Below are positions 61,821 to 64,000 of a stretch of 64,000 nt of DNA, piece after piece; position 1 is the stretch's first letter, and each line of letters starts with the position of its first letter. The translations under genes were made by a program, and so were the position numbers. The stretch is from the human T2T-CHM13v2.0 reference genome, Homo sapiens. Location: NCBI RefSeq assembly GCF_009914755.1, contig NC_060942.1; one strand, written 5' to 3'. The notes below the pieces were generated by a model. The model saw nothing but the letters and a program-made list of their open reading frames with translations. It had not been told where the DNA came from and made no database searches.

Positions 61821-64000
61821 TAGAGACTTTTTCTGCTTAGCACAACACCCTGGAGATCCATCCAAGTTGTTGTATATGTCAATAGTTTGTTCATTTTTTA
61901 CTGCTAACTAGGATTTCATGGATGGATGTACCACAGCATATTTTAAACCATTCATCATTGTTGGTTGAAGTTTTTTGTTGTTTACAGGTTTTTGTTATAA
62001 ATAAAACTGCTTTGAACAATTATGTACAGCTTTTTTGTGGACATAAGTTTTTATTTCTCCAGATCGATGTCCAGGAGTGAGGTTGCTGATTTTTATGGTC
62101 ATTCTATGCTTATTTTAAGACTGACAAACTCTTTTCCAGAGTTACAGTTTTGTTTTACATTCCCACCAGCAATGCCTGGGACATCTAGTTTTGCCACATT
62201 TGGCCGATGTTTGATGGAAGCGGTGCTTCCTCGTGGTTTGCGTGTGCCGTTCCGTTATGGCTGGCGACGTTGAGCACGTTCTTGCTGCATGTTTGCCATC
62301 CTCAGGACTCTAGTAAAGTGTCTTTTCATGTCTTTTGCCCATTTTCTAATTGGATTTATTTTAAACTATTGATATTGAGAGTTCTTTATATATTCTACAT
62401 AGGAGTCCTTTGTCAGATATGTGGCTTACAAATATTTTGTACTAGTTTGTAGTTTGTCTTTTCATCTTCTGCAAGGATCTTTACATATTCAAAGTATTTA
62501 ATTTTATCAAAGTCCAATTGATTTTTTTTTAATGGGTTGTTCCTTTGATGTCCTGTTTAGGAACTCATCTTCCAGCCCTGTGCCCTGAGGATTTCTTCTT
62601 GTGGTGGTTTTTTTTTTTTGTCCTAAAAGTTTTACATTGAGATCTGTGGTCTGTTGTGAGTTAATTACTGTATAAGATGTAAGGTTCAGGTCAAGGCTTT
62701 GGGTTGTTGGGCTATGTATGTCCAAATGCTCTAGCGTCATTTATAGTGAAGACTCCATTCTCCATAAATTGCTTTTGTAAATGCATCAAAAGTAGTTGCC
62801 ATACTTGTATGTTGGGGGGACTCTCTCTGGGTTCTTTATTTTGTTCCATTGATCTGTGTTTCTGTTCCTTCTTCAGTATCAAACAATCTTGATTACTGCA
62901 GCCATCTGGTAAGTCTTAAAATCTGGTGGGCTGATTTCTCCCATTTTTTCTTCCTTTTTCCCCCACATTGTTTTAGCCATTCTAAACAACTTTTAGCTGT
63001 TTTAAACAACTTTACCTTTCTATACACATTTTAGAATAATCTTGCCTATATCTTTAAAGAAAGTCTTCATGGGACAATGATAGTCATGAAGTCTGCACCT
63101 GTTGGCATTTATGGGTGGCCGGGTTCTTCATTTGCTAGTCTGAGATAAAAAGGGCAAGATGAAAACAGGAAATCACCACTGTCCTTTCTTGATACCCGAG
63201 GAATTGAGCTGGACTGCACTTTTCCTCCTCTTGTAGAATCATCATCATTTTTAAAAATTTAATGTTCAGCATTTTTTGCTTTATTTAGGAAGAATAAGAA
63301 AGAGTACATCTGCTCTATCTTTCTGGAAGTAAACTTCCCTTAAAGGTTTTATTCATTTTCTGTTTTTTAAATTGGATCTTAAACTTTATTCTAGGAATTT
63401 TCACTGCATGAAGCTATAGTGTAATGGACTGCTGCGTCACCATCGTCCCCTGGAAGACTGCTCATTAAATGGCCAGTCTTGCTTCATCCGTATGTCTCAT
63501 TTGGATGAAATCCTGTGTATAATTTGATTGCATTAACAAATTCAGCATTTACAGATTACAACCACAATTCCATTATCATACCATAAACTATTGAACAGGG
63601 ATTTCTTAGATTAACGCTTGGTGAGTCTCCTGGTTTCTGATTGTCTCACACACTTCTTACAGTTGATCTGTTCCAGTCAGGATGCGAGGGCCCTTCTCTT
63701 GCGCTTGGTACAGGTGTCTCTCAAATCTGTTTTCTTCTAAAACAATTCCTTCTCTTTCTTTGTTTTTTATTTGTTGAAAAAACAGGGTTATTGGACATAG
63801 AGAATATCTGATATTCTAGATTGTGTGAGTGCATACACAAAACAACCATGTTATTAATTAATACATTCCTTTATATCCTGTATTTTTGTTAACTGGTAGG
63901 TGGATCTAAAGGGTTGATCATACTCATTTTTGGTTTTCTTTTAGCTTTTCATTTTTTTGGTTAAAGAATACTATAGCAATGCTCCTGTATAGTCCTGTTT

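Overview
Human (primate) genomic DNA from inside the P4-type ATPase (phospholipid flippase) gene ATP9B, transcribed on the + strand. Four short coding exons (2417-2530, 15444-15552, 32979-33037, 43681-43732) splice in frame to [111 protein letters not shown](G), covering TM1-TM2 and the start of the actuator domain. The rest is intron: about 20 Alus, old L1M/L2/MIR fragments, THE1, MLT1 and MER52 LTRs, and MADE1, MER2, MER1B and MER20 DNA transposons. The most notable items are: (1) a human-specific pre-Ta L1HS with a 17-bp TSD and a twin-priming 5' inversion; (2) a 48-bp VNTR of about 35 copies with 33 sense-strand UGCAUG (RBFOX) motifs, 1.1 kb downstream of a weak-donor exon that also recreates a 5' splice site once spliced; (3) an Alu whose 5' end has expanded into an 8 x 62-bp tandem array; (4) a competing donor that would allow an in-frame 22-aa-deleted isoform; (5) TE-free homeobox-motif-rich blocks that may be SALL3-type enhancers. 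The long ORFs in the track come from L1 ORF2 or the VNTR and are not novel genes. Repeat subfamily calls and old-repeat boundaries were made by eye and are approximate. Nothing here proves a new system; the functional ideas are hypotheses.
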